DNA from: Asterias rubens
Lineage: Eukaryota
Assembly: GCF_902459465.1 (NCBI RefSeq)
Contig: NC_047063.1
Location: forward strand, 10,974,001-11,038,000
DNA: 64,000 bases
Direction: 5' to 3'
Part shown: piece after piece, positions 12,940-25,825 of the stretch
Layout: every line of letters starts with the position of its first letter
How positions within the stretch are numbered: the first letter of the stretch is position 1
Translations under genes and position numbers: made by a program
The notes under the pieces: model-generated
Database searches by the model: none
Told to the model about the DNA's origin: nothing
What the model saw: the letters and a program-made list of their open reading frames with translations, nothing else

Positions 12940-14137
12940 ATGGAAGGATTACTGCGTTCGATGTTGATAAAACGCAGAGGAGTTTACTCTGCGATACAAT
13001 TTTTTAGGCTGATGTGCATGAAGTTCCCATATTCTCCTGACAACATGAGAATCTTGCAGTTGCACTATTCATCTGTATGTGAGGTACTTGAAGCTGTCGG
13101 TTACATGAAACGCTTGACGTAAATAGTCCGCTCCATTATAAAGACACTCCTCTCCGCAGGCCCAGATGCGATTACCATATTGGGTGCATGACGATTGGCC
13201 CAAAACCCAGATGACTAGCATTATTATCCACATCATAGAGAGGGCAATGATGTACAGTACAATAATAAAAACCCTATGCGTGGTGTGTTATTAATTTGTT
13301 TAAATGGCTCTATTGGAAACCCACACAATGCCAGATGTCACACAAATGTCGGAACACAGCTACTATTAGGAATGCTACCAACTTGTTGTTGAAGATGTTG
13401 AGTTAATAAATGTTTTTGTGCGCTCGTGACTACTTAATTTAAAGGGAGGGTGTAGCCTTGGTTTTTTTGAAGCGTTCTATGTCCACGCAGGAAGAGTACT
13501 CTATTAAGTGGAATACACAATTTGAGAAAAGTTTTATGCAGAACTCAAATATTTTAAGATTTGTTCCTATGAAACACTTCCTGAATATCGCTCCACTAAC
13601 TCTCAATCCAAGTTTTGATTTAGTTAAATCAAAATATACCTTTGTGCACATGTGTCAGGGATGAGATTGTTCAGACTTTTGGCTGAATTCAGACTTTTTA
13701 TGTCGTCCTGGTGAAGAAAATCAGACAATAATTTTTTCCACAAATAAAGAAATCCTGCTCATTGGTCTACTTCTCAAGAGCTTTGGATACTGTTTCCAAA
13801 AGCTTCTTTGAATCTATAACCCCAGGGGTTACCAAAGGGTAGAAATGGCATCTTTGAATTTGTATCCAAGTTTCAGACTTTTTCGTAATCATTACTAATG
13901 ACTCTCACCCCTGCCTGTGATTAAATCTTTTTACCACTGTTTTCCACCAAACCTTGTGCACAGAATATCAAAGAAGTTTTAATTGAAAGCTAAAGATATG
14001 TAATAAAAACTCTTCCCAAAACAATTTTTCACTTCTCATCTCTAGCTCCAAGCCTCTTATTCACCCTTTTCTTGGGGTTGAGGATAAAGAAGGTAAAATA
14101 TAATCACCAATACATTAATTTAAATTTGTTGTTTCAG

Positions 14138-14233
14138 GTTGAGGGATTGTCTGAGGGCATTATAGTATCAAGGATCATCGAGGACGGACCAGCAGACAAG
14201 TCTCAGCTGAGGTTACACGACCGCGTCATTAAG
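14138..14233 (+). CDS. PDZRN3: PDZRN3/4 exon 3, middle of PDZ1 (VEGLSEGIIVSRIIEDGPADKSQLRLHDRVIK)
   Basis: Acceptor TTGTTTCAG|, 96-nt phase 0-0 exon, donor AAG|GTAAGA. The PDZ motif EGI.VS.I...GPA....L..HDR.I is present. Confidence 0.9.
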
Positions 14234-14957
14234 GTAAGAAATAAGACGCTGACAAACTCTGCTCATTCAGTGCTTTACAATTTTCATTCATTTTCGTTAC
14301 CTTTCGTCTTAACTGTCTTGAGTTGTAGGTTGTTCAGTTTTGCAACTAAGTGTTTTTCTAATTGGCAGGTTTATGTATAGTGAAAGGAACAATCTAAAAC
14401 AAAATATGGACAAAATGATAACGACCTGAAAAAGGTTACCAGCCGATCTACCGTGTTAGGTGTAAATTTTTTGACTGATATCCTGCTCATTTCTGCTAAG
14501 CAGGAAATTGTTGAGTGATTTTACTTTTCTGCTTAAGCAGCTCTATGAAATTAGGCCATGGTCTTATTGGGGGGGGGGGAGGGGGAGGAATGTACCCTTA
14601 TAAATCCTTGTTCGAAAATATCCCTTTCTGAGCAGAGTCACCCAATGTGTAAAAACAAACAAAGGGCTCGAATTATGCATGCATCTGTATCACAGCCCAA
14701 ACAAAAGAGGGTAAGTTTACGCTATCAAGTTCATATCACTCACTCTGCATTTAGCGCTGATTAAAAGCTCCCTATTCATACAGCAGTGTAGAGCAATAAA
14801 TGACCCAATATAACTAGACTGCGGCCTCACTGGGCCCTGGCCCTTAATGCAAGATCATGTTGAGGGGGAAACCCAGGAAAGTGCAGGGGTGGTGACATAC
14901 GAGTCCTCACAGTGAGCCATGCGCTAATTGAAGGTTTGCTTGACAGAGGCCCATGGC

Positions 14958-15316
14958 TTAAAGGCACTGGACACTATTGGTAGTAACTCAAAATTTAATT
15001 ATTAGCATAAAAACTTGTTTGGTAATGAGCAATGGAGAGCTGTTGATAGTATAGTATAAAACATTGTGAGAAACGGCTCCCTCTAAAGTAACAGTTTTCG
15101 AGAAAGAGGTAATTTCTCACTCAAATATTAAAACACTTCAGGCCTGAAGCCATTTATAGGCATCTGAGAGCACACAAAATTCTCGCAACTTCGTGGACCA
15201 ACTGAGTCCAACTGTTCACAGGTTTGTTATTTTATGCATAAAAAAAATGTTGGGATACACCAAGTGAGAAGACTGGTTTTTGATGATTTTAACCAAAGGG
15301 TGTCCAGTGCCTTTAA
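14958..15316. mobile_element. Kolobok/T2-like MITE, family A2
   Basis: TTAA|AGGCACTGGACAC ... GTGTCCAGTGCCT|TTAA. Confidence 0.8.
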
Positions 15317-15500
15317 CGCCAACAGGAAGTTGTTTGCAAACGGGGCCATTTGGGCCAATTGACTTGAATTTGGATCTGTCACGATGGACTGGCCCCAATA
15401 AAATTAATGGGAATATATGTCGATTGACGGTTCAAAAGAGTCAAGGCAGAATTATTTAGTAGTATTTGTACTGGTCTTTTTTCATAAATTGCTATGGGTT

Positions 15501-15893
15501 CAGGTCTGTATGCTTCAGTTTTGAAAGGGCAAGGGCACCCAAGTCATTTTCTCCTTGGTAATAAAGGGCACCCCATTTATGAGGAAATTGGTAATTTCTA
15601 CTGGAGCATTTCAAGGGCATTGAGGCAATGACCAGGGGGCATAGAGGCAATGGACCGATCCGGTCTGTCAATCAAACTGTGCGCGTTCACCCATTTTGAC
15701 CAATCACAGCAATGATTGTGGTCGGACAAACTCGGTCATGCGTGCGCGTATATTTGGCACGGGTGGCAGAATCGTGCGGAATGTCATTGGGAGTGCTTGT
15801 GCACGTGTCTTGCCCACGTGCGCGGTGGGCGGAGCTTAGTGGAAAGCCGGAACGGTCCACTGCCTTTGTTGCCTTCTTGAAGTATCAGGCCTG
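15501..15893 (-). mobile_element. Family F element interrupted by a 209-bp TIR insertion
   Basis: The reverse-complement F sequence at 15501-15650 resumes at 15860-15893 (...GAAGTATCAGGCCTG). Confidence 0.8.
15651..15859. mobile_element. GC-rich MITE nested in a family F element
   Basis: TIRs TGGACCGATCCGG / CCGGAACGGTCCA (13 bp, 1 mismatch). It interrupts the host GAGGCAATTGCC motif. Confidence 0.7.
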
Positions 15894-18800
15894 GATTTTT
15901 TATGGAATAAGTGTGAGATACTTCCATGCTCGTTTGTAACATTATTCTGTACAAACAAGTATTTACATGTAGGCAAAAATGTACTTTCTTACACTCTCTT
16001 ACAAAGCAGCTTTTTGTCTTTATCATTGAAAACATTGTAAGATCTGCCCACCCGTGTTTGGATAAAAATAACAATACTAAGGTATTTTAATGTCTATAGC
16101 CCACATATCTACCAACAAGATACTCAATGTGCCTAGTATATAAATACAGAAAGATTATTGAAGTTATGAATTCTGAGACCCAATTGTGTAGCACCTCCTA
16201 AGGGTTTACAAGATGTTGTAGTGTATTATTTATTATTCAGTGCCTGTATGCTAATATGCCCTAACAATTAACACCAAGGCAGACGAGATCCCTAAAGCTG
16301 TATTCACATCACACTCGGGAAACCATCGCTTTCCCAAAGACCGCTTTCTCAAAGACTGGAATAACCTTACCCCTTGGGTCAACCTCCTGTTCCTTTGTCC
16401 ACTCCTTGAAATTGTAGACTCTGCAAACCATTAATCCCTTCCATGCTTTAAAAAATGCCCAACATCATTATGAATATATGTATGCTGTGTTGGTAGTACT
16501 GTGTGCTTTGGCATTACCCTTAGGTTAAGAAGGGGGTATCCGGAGTTTTGTTTTTTTCCCTGCACTCAAATTATTTCAAGAAAATTATTTTTAAGAATTT
16601 CTCTTTTTACTATACTAAACTCACGAGATTTGGTGATGAAAATGTATTTATAATTAGTATTTTAAAAATGTATGTTATTTATATTTTGTATTGTTATTAG
16701 ACTATTTTTTTTTTTTTTTGGGGGGGGGGGAGGGGAACTTTGAGTACAGTGGCAGCCCTAAATTATTGGTTCATTGAGCTGTAATTATTACCGAGACAAC
16801 TGATTTGCCAAGCAACACTTGGTAGAGAGCAGTCATAAAACAGTTGCTATCACGTGGTATTCAGGTTTGGTAACCAGTTTTACTTTACATAAACAATCCT
16901 TACTTGTGCTTAGCAAATCAGAGAGTTTTGGTCCCCCCTTTTGTTAGGTGTGTGTTTACAGTGTTGATTCAGTTGAACAAAAAATTGCATGTCATTGTCA
17001 TTTCATCTTCGGCCTTGAATCCATGCTGTCACAGTGCCACTTCCATTTCAGACACTTTTCTTGGAAAAGTTCTTTGACAGCGATACTGTTTCAGTCACTT
17101 CCAAAAAGTGTGAAAGAGAAGTCCAGTTTGTGTGTAATTGGATTGGTTTAGAAAGAAGGGTAAAGACCATTGCTTGTATAAACAAGCCCGGCTAGTAAGT
17201 GTAATGGAAGCTTTTTATTTAAACCATGGATAAGGAAACAAACAGTTCTTATTGGTAAATAATGGCTGTGTTTGTGAGAGAGGGAGCGAGGTTAAAAAAC
17301 CAGCATTATTTATTGTCCGGGTTGTTATGCTGCGAGAATTGTGCTCCACCGAAGAAAACAACTTAAGTCACTTTCTGTTAGCTCAGTAATTTCATCCCAC
17401 AGTGGGCAGGGTCGCCGTCCAGGACCCAGTATTTTTCAGAGGGGGGTTACGTAGGTGATGTACCCCTGTGGCAAAATTCCCCCTGTACAAACATTACCCA
17501 GAGGGTGTCCCGAGTATTTTTCTTTAACACACTGGGGTCTTTTTTTATGGACTGGTGTGTGTGTGTGTGGAGATCACAGAGCAGCGGGGTGAGAGAGGAG
17601 TTGGGCAGTTAAGCCTCTTGCGGCACCTTGAGAGGATTGTGAGAGCTTTCCTCGCCATGCCAGCGCTCTGTCACCTCCATGTCAAGTGCTTGTTCCCCCT
17701 GTCTTTGAAGTCAGCTGTACCTGCCGACAGCAAACTACAATTGTTTATATTGGACAGTTGGTAAATTGAGGCTGATTGGTGTCGAGATCCAGAGATCCCC
17801 CCTTCTCTCTTCTCTCTTTTCAGTCTGATACTTGTTTTGTAGTTTGTGTTTGGTTGGCGGTTGTTGATAAATGCTCTCATCACTTAACTGGTGAAAATGG
17901 TGGAACATGTTGTGCCCTTATTTTTCAAAGCTCAAACCGGGATCGTTAAATGATGCTTTATTCTGGACTGTGTGAGAATTTTGTTCAATATGTGTCTCAT
18001 GTGTATACCCATCTGTCGGGTTCACCATGGGTTTACTGTTTTCAAGCAAAGTTGTGCCATCGAAGATACTTTATAATCAAATGACTTTTTAGTTGACGAA
18101 GAGCTTCAATCTGAAGTAGACAATTCTTAGATACTGGCTTTTTTTTCTGAGAATGTCTTTCATTGATTTTGGTTAGTCAAAACCCTGTGAGTAATTTGCT
18201 TCTCCACATACTACTTTGGAGCATGCCATACATGCTTAAAAACCTCTTCTGTCGTTACAGCATGTTTCCTAATCTCTTATGATTTCCTCTTGTGTTTCTG
18301 TATCTGAGTGAAATCAGTTACTATTAACACCCTTCCAGTTGAACGGAATCCCAAGAAAAAAAGGTTACTCCACAGTGTACATGTACGTCATTTCATTGGA
18401 TGGGAATTAGTCATCAGTCGTTAGGGAGCCATTCAGGGTGTTCATTTTGGCATGCCCATCGCCCAAAGCGTTTGAATACCTGGCCAGGAATTGAACCTGA
18501 AGTCTTACAATGGGGCTGGAGTTGTTCTCTGAACAGGTAGCTTAGTGCAATAATTAACACACAATAGTGCTTCCTGTTTAATGGTAGTGTACAATGAGAT
18601 GGCTTACAAGTCTACAGGCCAGTCATCACACCCAGGCGAAATAACGTGTACATTACGCGCCCATTCTGTTGTCGCTCTTGTTATTATTTCATTTCCCAAA
18701 ACCTTTTCAAGTTTAGGGTCAAGGGAGTAATTTTATTTTGTTAATAGAAATACCCGCTGAGCTCTATTTGTAGGCTACTCATGCTATCAATAATTTGAAG

Positions 18801-21163
18801 GTATTTTGATTCAATGTAAAAATTTAAAAGTGGTGTTTTTTCCCCCATCAGTGTCATTCCTTATTGGTATAAGACATGCTTGATCTTCTTATTTTTCACA
18901 GATTCTCCGGAGTTTGGAATGCCCTTCCAAATAAGTCGGGGGCCCACATGTGTTTTCCCACTGATTACTGCACCCTCAATGCACTTTAACTCAGGAAGTA
19001 CATTTCCACTTCAGTTTTTCTTGTACTATATTTGAAAAGTCCTCTACACCTGTGAAAATACTTCTTTAAGAAACATACCCCCATACATTAGTACATCACT
19101 GTGGGGCTGTAATATCCAGATGTTGTATGAAAACAAGCCATGATAAGTATATCATGGTGATATTTCACACGTAGGGCTTTTTTGCTCGCCGTGTTTGTTT
19201 TGCTGGCGGAACACACCAAAAGTTCTCCGCTAATCCTACTTGAATGGGGAGAGAAAATCCCTCACACTTGACCAGGCTTGAAAAGTCACTGGAAAAAAAG
19301 AAAAGAAGAAAAAAAAAGTATTTTGTGGAAGTGCAACGGTGGCTTGAACAGGGGAACTCTTATTTCGTTCTTTTTCTGGAGCTGCTCGATGAAAAATTGT
19401 AAACCCTATTTAGTTGAACATGTTAGTGCTTGAGGGGCTGATAAAATGTATCAGTTTTTCAGAGGGTTACATTAGAATCTGATTACTGGGTTCTGAGATG
19501 TGGCGAGGTGACAAGGTTTTATTACCCAACAAGATTTTTGTTGTCGAATTAAGTGTGGTTGTAACTGCGACTGCTCATTAAGTACAATGCTTTGAGTTTG
19601 CTTCGATTCAACAACTGGAAAAATACTCCAAAAGAGTGTCTGGGTCATGGTGTGTTTTTTTTTTGGAGTAATGCTTGTATAAATTGATTGATGAATTATT
19701 TGATTGCTTCTGTGAATTTGGTGTTTTGTTTATAAACAGTAATTTCAAAGACCGTCTTTTTTTTCATAGATATTTTCCTTTAATGATAAATAAATTCTAC
19801 TTCACTTTTTTATTATTCACTAATCTTACTATATTAAGAACGCTGCTATGTCTTAGAAATCTCGTGGGTTTGTTGGGAACATTCTTTTGGAACAAATTAA
19901 AAAACCCAGATTTGACCTTAGTGCACAGACTGCTTCTTATGTTTGAGTACATGTGTAGTCATATATTGCACAACATCTCCCGAACAATGCGATAAATCGA
20001 CTCCGTAGTAGTAGAATATAGAAAGACAGTTCTCTAAAGAACAAACTCTACCCGGCAAGTAGATACACACATGGTGTTACCGCAAACCAAACATATATAT
20101 ATATCTGAAAATTTAACTGGTTAATTTACAGCAAATGGACAAAGAAGCAACGATGGGCAGTGAAGTAATTAATCGAGCAATCAGGTGATAAATGAGTATT
20201 CTTTAGACAGATTGGAACCCAAAATGACATACCCATGATAGTAATTTATCACTTCATTCCCACAGTTTCTCTTAAATGTGCTCCTTTATACAAATTTTAG
20301 GACTCGATACGCCACAATTAGACGATATCATTTTCATAATCTCCAGTTAGAAACATGAAGCGGGTTGAGAAATTTAGTGAGAACGGAAAGGCATCGGGGG
20401 AAAAGCTTTTAAGTGGTTGAGGTAAAGCGTTCTGCTAATACTAGTACTGAAGTGCAAGGTGTATTAACGAATTGTAGTCGACTTGAGTTGCAAACCCCTT
20501 AGGGAACAGGTTGGGTACATAGCGAAGGTGGCATGGTTAAGTGTTGTACTTTTTTTATATTTTAGTGTGCTTCCAAAAAACATCTCACAGCGCGCTGAGC
20601 ATTGATGTAAATGTAGTTGTACTTGAATTTGTTTGTTTGTTGTGGAGAGCGCTCCTTTGTCCGTGTGTGGTTGTTTGATGTTTTACAATAGAAAATTATC
20701 AAGACACTTAAAAAAAAACTATTTTTCCAGAAACTAACTATTTTATTTTGAAATTAAAACCTTCAAACTTTCAGCAGAAATTTAGATTCCCATCAAGAGG
20801 TATCAATATCTTTGAAGATTACAGAGGATTTGAAATTTTATATATAATCTTGATTTTTTCACATTTTGCCTGTGACGTTTTCTGGATTGCTAAGTCTAGC
20901 CACAGTCTCTATGTTTCTTATGCCCTGTTGTAGCATTGATGTCAATACTACATTCATCTCAGTTACCGGAAACCAAAATGTACGCTAAAGCAGAAAAGTA
21001 AACCTGATATCCTGATTGGTTAATCATCATCAATTATTATTACCCAACCCATATTCAAATCCCTAGACCCCGCTGTCGACACTGGGGAAAGTATAGCCTT
21101 TTTCCCCTTCCCTGTCCATGGTTGCTGCAAAGCTACATGACACAGTGTCTCTCTTTTCCATTA

Positions 21164-21358
21164 GGCTCCAATTTCATAGAGCTGCTTTAAAAGCAGAAAC
21201 AAAACTGCTTAGGAAATCCCTGCTTAGCAATAATGAGCAGGATACCAGTCACAAATTGTACATTTGACCTGGTATTTTGGCTGGTAACCATTATTCTGTT
21301 TAGCATAAGTTTGTTTTCCTTAGCCTGTATTTTAAAAGCAGCGCTATGAAATTGTGCA
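21164..21358. mobile_element. MITE, family C (GGCCCAATTTCAT TIR), degenerate
   Basis: GGCTCCAATTTCATAGAGCTGCT ... AGCAGCGCTATGAAATTGTGC. Confidence 0.7.
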
Positions 21359-22535
21359 CTGGCGGAGCACCACTGGCAATGGTCTCAATCTACATAGCTC
21401 AGCGTGATTGTGTTACAAGGCTTTTGAACCTGCCTTTTCAGAAAAGGTGTTTCTGGGTTCCCTAGCCCGTGGGCGAATCAGCACCTGCCGAGCTTGGGAG
21501 TGGGTTTGGCTGTTGACATTTTGACAAGTCTGGCTGGATGGAAATATTAGATATCATTTTTTATTATATATAATTTCTTATTGATGAAGGTTATAAGAAT
21601 TGTCTCAGAGGTCCTGTTTGATTTGATGCAGCATATAGTGCCTGTAAAAAGCTGGATGCGTTTTGATCCATTTTATTTTAAGGTGGTCTGGCCATTACGA
21701 CGAAGTCTGAATCATGTTTAATGTTTTTTTGTTGTACCATAGCTCGTTATCCTGGGTGGCTGACTCGTATATTTAAAAAAATAAACGGTAGTAGTACTAG
21801 TAGCCAAAGAAAACAGTTGAACTGTGTTTTAACAAATAATTTACAACTCTTCCTGATAAAACGCAAACAATTATATAGGAGAGAGCAGAGTTTGATCGTT
21901 GATGGAGACGGAGGGCACTTGATGTGAACGATAACTGTCTGGAGCACTCAGGTCTGGAGGTAGTGACAATGAGAGAGGAAAAACGTCAACTCTCATCATT
22001 CTGCGGACAAAACACCGTCTTATAAAAATATCATGACTGAATGGTCTCCCCAAACCAGTCAGTCAGTCGTCAACGCTCCGTCTTAGCCGTGCATTAATTA
22101 AATTTCACCTACTCAGCCTCGAACGACTGCTTAGTGTAATTTCATTTTTTATTCTTTTTCCCAAAATTAATTATCAACTGATGATTTGTAAAAAGAGAGA
22201 GAGAGAGAGAGTTTCATGCGAGATATTTTATTGAAGGGTTTGGTTTGACGCCACTCTCATTGACACCGCAGGATGTTTGATTTATTCTCGGTGGCCCCGT
22301 GCCCCAATTTGAGTTTGTCTTGACATTGGCTGAGGCCTTTTTATTGGTAATGAGTGATAACCTAACAAGTGGGTCTTTTAGTTGATTGAATATCCTGAGA
22401 TACTCCTGTTTATTTTACCTTTTTTTTTGTACGAGTAATATCTTCATGTCCCATAAAAGCTACTCTTGAAGTTACTCTTTGACTTGGCAGTGGATAAAAA
22501 TCATCATTTCTATTAAATTCAGTGTACAATATAAA

Positions 22536-22694
22536 AATATTGGATGCATTTGAGTGCATTGTTGTAGAATATATAATCACGAGGTAAAATCTGAACTATT
22601 TCATATCAAGAGGTGAAGCCGAGTGAAACGAAAAAGCCCGATTTTACTTCTTGATTATATTCTGCAACAATGTATTTAAAATACATCCAATATT
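22536..22694. mobile_element. Foldback MITE with ~55-bp imperfect TIRs
   Basis: AATATTGGATGCATTTGAGTGCATTGTTGTAGAATATATAATCACGAGGTAAAATC pairs with the reverse complement of GATTTTACTTCTTGATTATATTCTGCAACAATGTATTTAAAATACATCCAATATT. Confidence 0.7.
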
Positions 22695-22751
22695 TGTTTT
22701 GTATAACAGGCATGCAACTCCTCTCTTTTTTTAATCTCGGTTTTACCATTC

Positions 22752-22802
22752 AAAAATGCCTGTGTGCCCTTGCCCTTTCAAAAAACGAAGCATACTGGCC
22801 TG
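22752..22802 (+). mobile_element. Family F 3' fragment
   Basis: GTGCCCTTGCCCTTTCAAAAAACGAAGCATACTGGCCTG. Confidence 0.7.
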
Positions 22803-24991
22803 TATAATTATATCAAACTATCCCACCCATCCCCGCCGCCCAACACTCCTAACCCATTTTGTATCAATACAAAGTGGTAGGATGCTTTGTACTGGTTTGA
22901 GTTGATAAATTATATGGATGAGTGCTATGGTTCTCTATTGTGGTGTCGGATAATGTCTGCTAAACTCACTATGTAATGTAGTAGAAGCCACATATCAAGT
23001 GCATGGACAAGTGCACACTGTAGTTAATGATCAAACCAGGTCTCCATCACTACAGAAAGAAACAATTGAATTATTCAAAGGTGGGGTGATAACCAGTCAA
23101 ATAATTTGGTCTGCAATATTGCTGATATTATACATAGGCCTATGTTCTACTGCTTAAAATTGATTGCAAAAACAATAATGACAATCTTTTAATAATTTTA
23201 CTCTATAATAACTAAAAAAGTTACATATGCGACCTAGCATATTGGGTTCTGGACTAACTTAGCTCATTTTTTTGTGCAAGAAGGACTTTTTGTGTCACTG
23301 TCATCATTGTTTGGTATTTTGGTCTGCCCTCAAAATTTGTCTGTTATTTGAATTCTTAAATTGAAAAATTATTGTTGCCCGTCAAGTTTTGTCTGATTTT
23401 CTCTTATATTATTGTAATGAATCCAGCGCAGCATTGACTGATCCTAGTCTATGACCGCAGGTGTATTGTGTATTCAATATGAAGAAATGTCAATATTGAC
23501 CCAATCGTGAGCCTCCATGTAAGAGCGCAACCTCAAAGGCACCGAAAAGTACAGGGGTCACAGTGTATGGGTCACTGCCCTGATCCTATCCGAAGATAAG
23601 TTTTGATTTGATTTTGGAGGTCTTACTGATGAAAGGTTGCGCTCGTCCAAGTCCAAAAGTCATTTTTGTGTGTTCTATGATGGGGTGCTTCACTGGCCAG
23701 TCAGAGTCATATGTTAAGGAACATTTTGCAAACAATCAAACTCCAGAAAGATGGGTATAGGGTTTTGAAAAGGTGGCTTGGGGGTCGGTCAGGGGTGGGC
23801 AGTAAGCTCCAAATTGATGATAAGGAGGAAGGCTTAATGGGTTTTTAATGTGTTAAGAGTGCGATAAAGTGAAGTGGTTGATTGTTATACATGTATATGG
23901 GAAGAGCCTGCAAAATTTGATTACAGTTATATAGTGGGAACATGTTATGTGAACAAAAACCCTCTGTGGCCATTGCAGGTCATTAGGTAGGAGGTTTCAT
24001 AGCACCCTGTTTGATTTATAATTTCGAGAATTGTTATGGTTAAGAAGATGTACATAGTTTCCCTTTTGGGATGGAGTCATTTTCTTCATTTGAGCGTGAA
24101 TTGAGGAAAGGTTTGAGAACGCTTGTCTGCAGTGAAGCCCGTTGAGCCCAAGTCAAACAGTATGGCAGTTAAACTTGAGATGTTGCACCTTAGAGCTTGT
24201 TTCGTCGTGTTTTTTGGCACTTTATGAATAACGTAATGATTTTTAAGGAACAGAATGGGGCAGAGAGTAATACCAAATACAAGGAAATAACATTTTATTT
24301 TGAAGAATTTTTTCAAGACAAGAAACATTCCCCCAACGAGAATCTCACATCCTAACCTTGAATACTGGCACACATTGTATGTGTACTCAAGACTCTTACC
24401 TAAGGTGTGTACAACTTTCACTAAGCATGCGTGAGTTTGTGTAAATTTGTGCACATTTATACATCTATTTGCCGTTCTTATTGTATAAACTGAAATGTCC
24501 TCGTAAGATTGTTCCTGTTTATCCCGAGTGACCTTTGCTACTACAGTCTATACATGACCCATAGGACTACCATCCCTTTAAATGCCCCCCAATTCACATT
24601 GTGTACCAACCAGACCCCACATGAAAGCCTGTGTACAGTACACATATAATTATTTTCTTCAAGTTGTTTATCTTTGGTGCTGGTCAAGTGGACAAACAGG
24701 TTTAGGTCCACTTCATCCAGTCCCAGGAAGACTGTGACTTAATTCTTTGTCTGGACATCAGTTGTGGGGGAAGTACTTAGTGTAGGGTCTATTCAGAAAA
24801 AGAAGGTTTCTCTTGTATGGAGGGCTACTAGACACAGTGTACTGCAACATGGAGGGTAGATTGAACATGTGCATTGAAATAATTGAAGACAAGAATTTAC
24901 CTACCATAGTAGGGCAACATGTTCCCCTAATCTCCGGTTTCTGTGTAAGAGAGATGTCTCAACATTTGAGAGTTTACTCACAAGTAAAAAC

Positions 24992-25167
24992 AATATTAAT
25001 TTTAGCTTTTACCCATACGCCAGTACTTTCCCGAGTCCTATGAAAAATATCACAGGCATGTTACTCGGGTGGGAATCGAACCCACGACCCTTGCGATTCT
25101 AGAGCAGTGTCTTACCAACTAGACTACTGAGATTGCCTGGTATTAAGCTAGAGGCAGTTCGAATCCT
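24992..25167 (-). mobile_element. tRNA-derived (Pol III promoter) interspersed repeat, family E
   Basis: The minus strand has an A-box-like TAGTCTAGTTGGTAAGAC and B-box GGTTCGATTCCC in a tRNA-like arrangement. Homologues lie at 46557 and 56421. Confidence 0.8.
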
Positions 25168-25825
25168 CTGTAAAAACAAACGCAACTTTCCCAAAGCCAA
25201 AGTTTTGAACCTTGTTCCCAGTGGAAGCTTATTAGACCAATTGTACAAACTAATTTGAAAAAAGTAAAAGTAAGTCTTATTTGGAAGCTTTAAAGTTAAC
25301 AAGATCTAGTCGAAGTGTTGAACATCTCACGAAAGAAGTTTTTCAGCCGAGTGAAAAAATCCACTTAAATATTACTTGGTAGTTTAGGACATGTCTTGAG
25401 TTCAAGAAAAGCTTCTTGAAAAGAGACTTCTGAACCCAACAAAGTCCTTTTTCCTCTCTATCACCAGATTGTTTCTTATGTCGAATGTGGTCGCTATCTT
25501 GCAGGAGGTTGTTATAACAAGGTTTCGTTTTCGTAGTAAAAGGTGTGTCATCCTGGAATGTTAATTGCATTTACCTGTGGTGTAGGGCCTTACCTGTTTA
25601 TCTTATGCCACTCCTGGGAAAAAAAAAGAAGCCCCCACAAACCATAGTCCTTCCAACCACAGGAGTGAACAGTGGGGTGAATGGTAAAGGAGAATAGACC
25701 ATGTACACAAAAAGGTCTGGACTTACAAGGGAAAGTGTAATCACTTAAAAATTTTGATTCATTCTCCTTTCTAAGAATGATTCCTGACCCACTACAAAAA
25801 AGACACATTCAGTTCACATTCATGG

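Noticed and set aside
16265-16430. Possible CR1/Jockey LINE remnant (..RFLKDWNNL..)
   Set aside because: The motif similarity is too short to support without a database search.
23680-23760. MGCFTGQSESYVKEHF... as homologue of vertebrate MGC-starting short-isoform exon
   Set aside because: The donor TGG|GTATAG is weak and similarity beyond MGC is marginal.
25060-25135. Functional tRNA gene
   Set aside because: The acceptor and anticodon stems do not pair properly and the head is embedded in a multi-copy repeat, so it is SINE-like.
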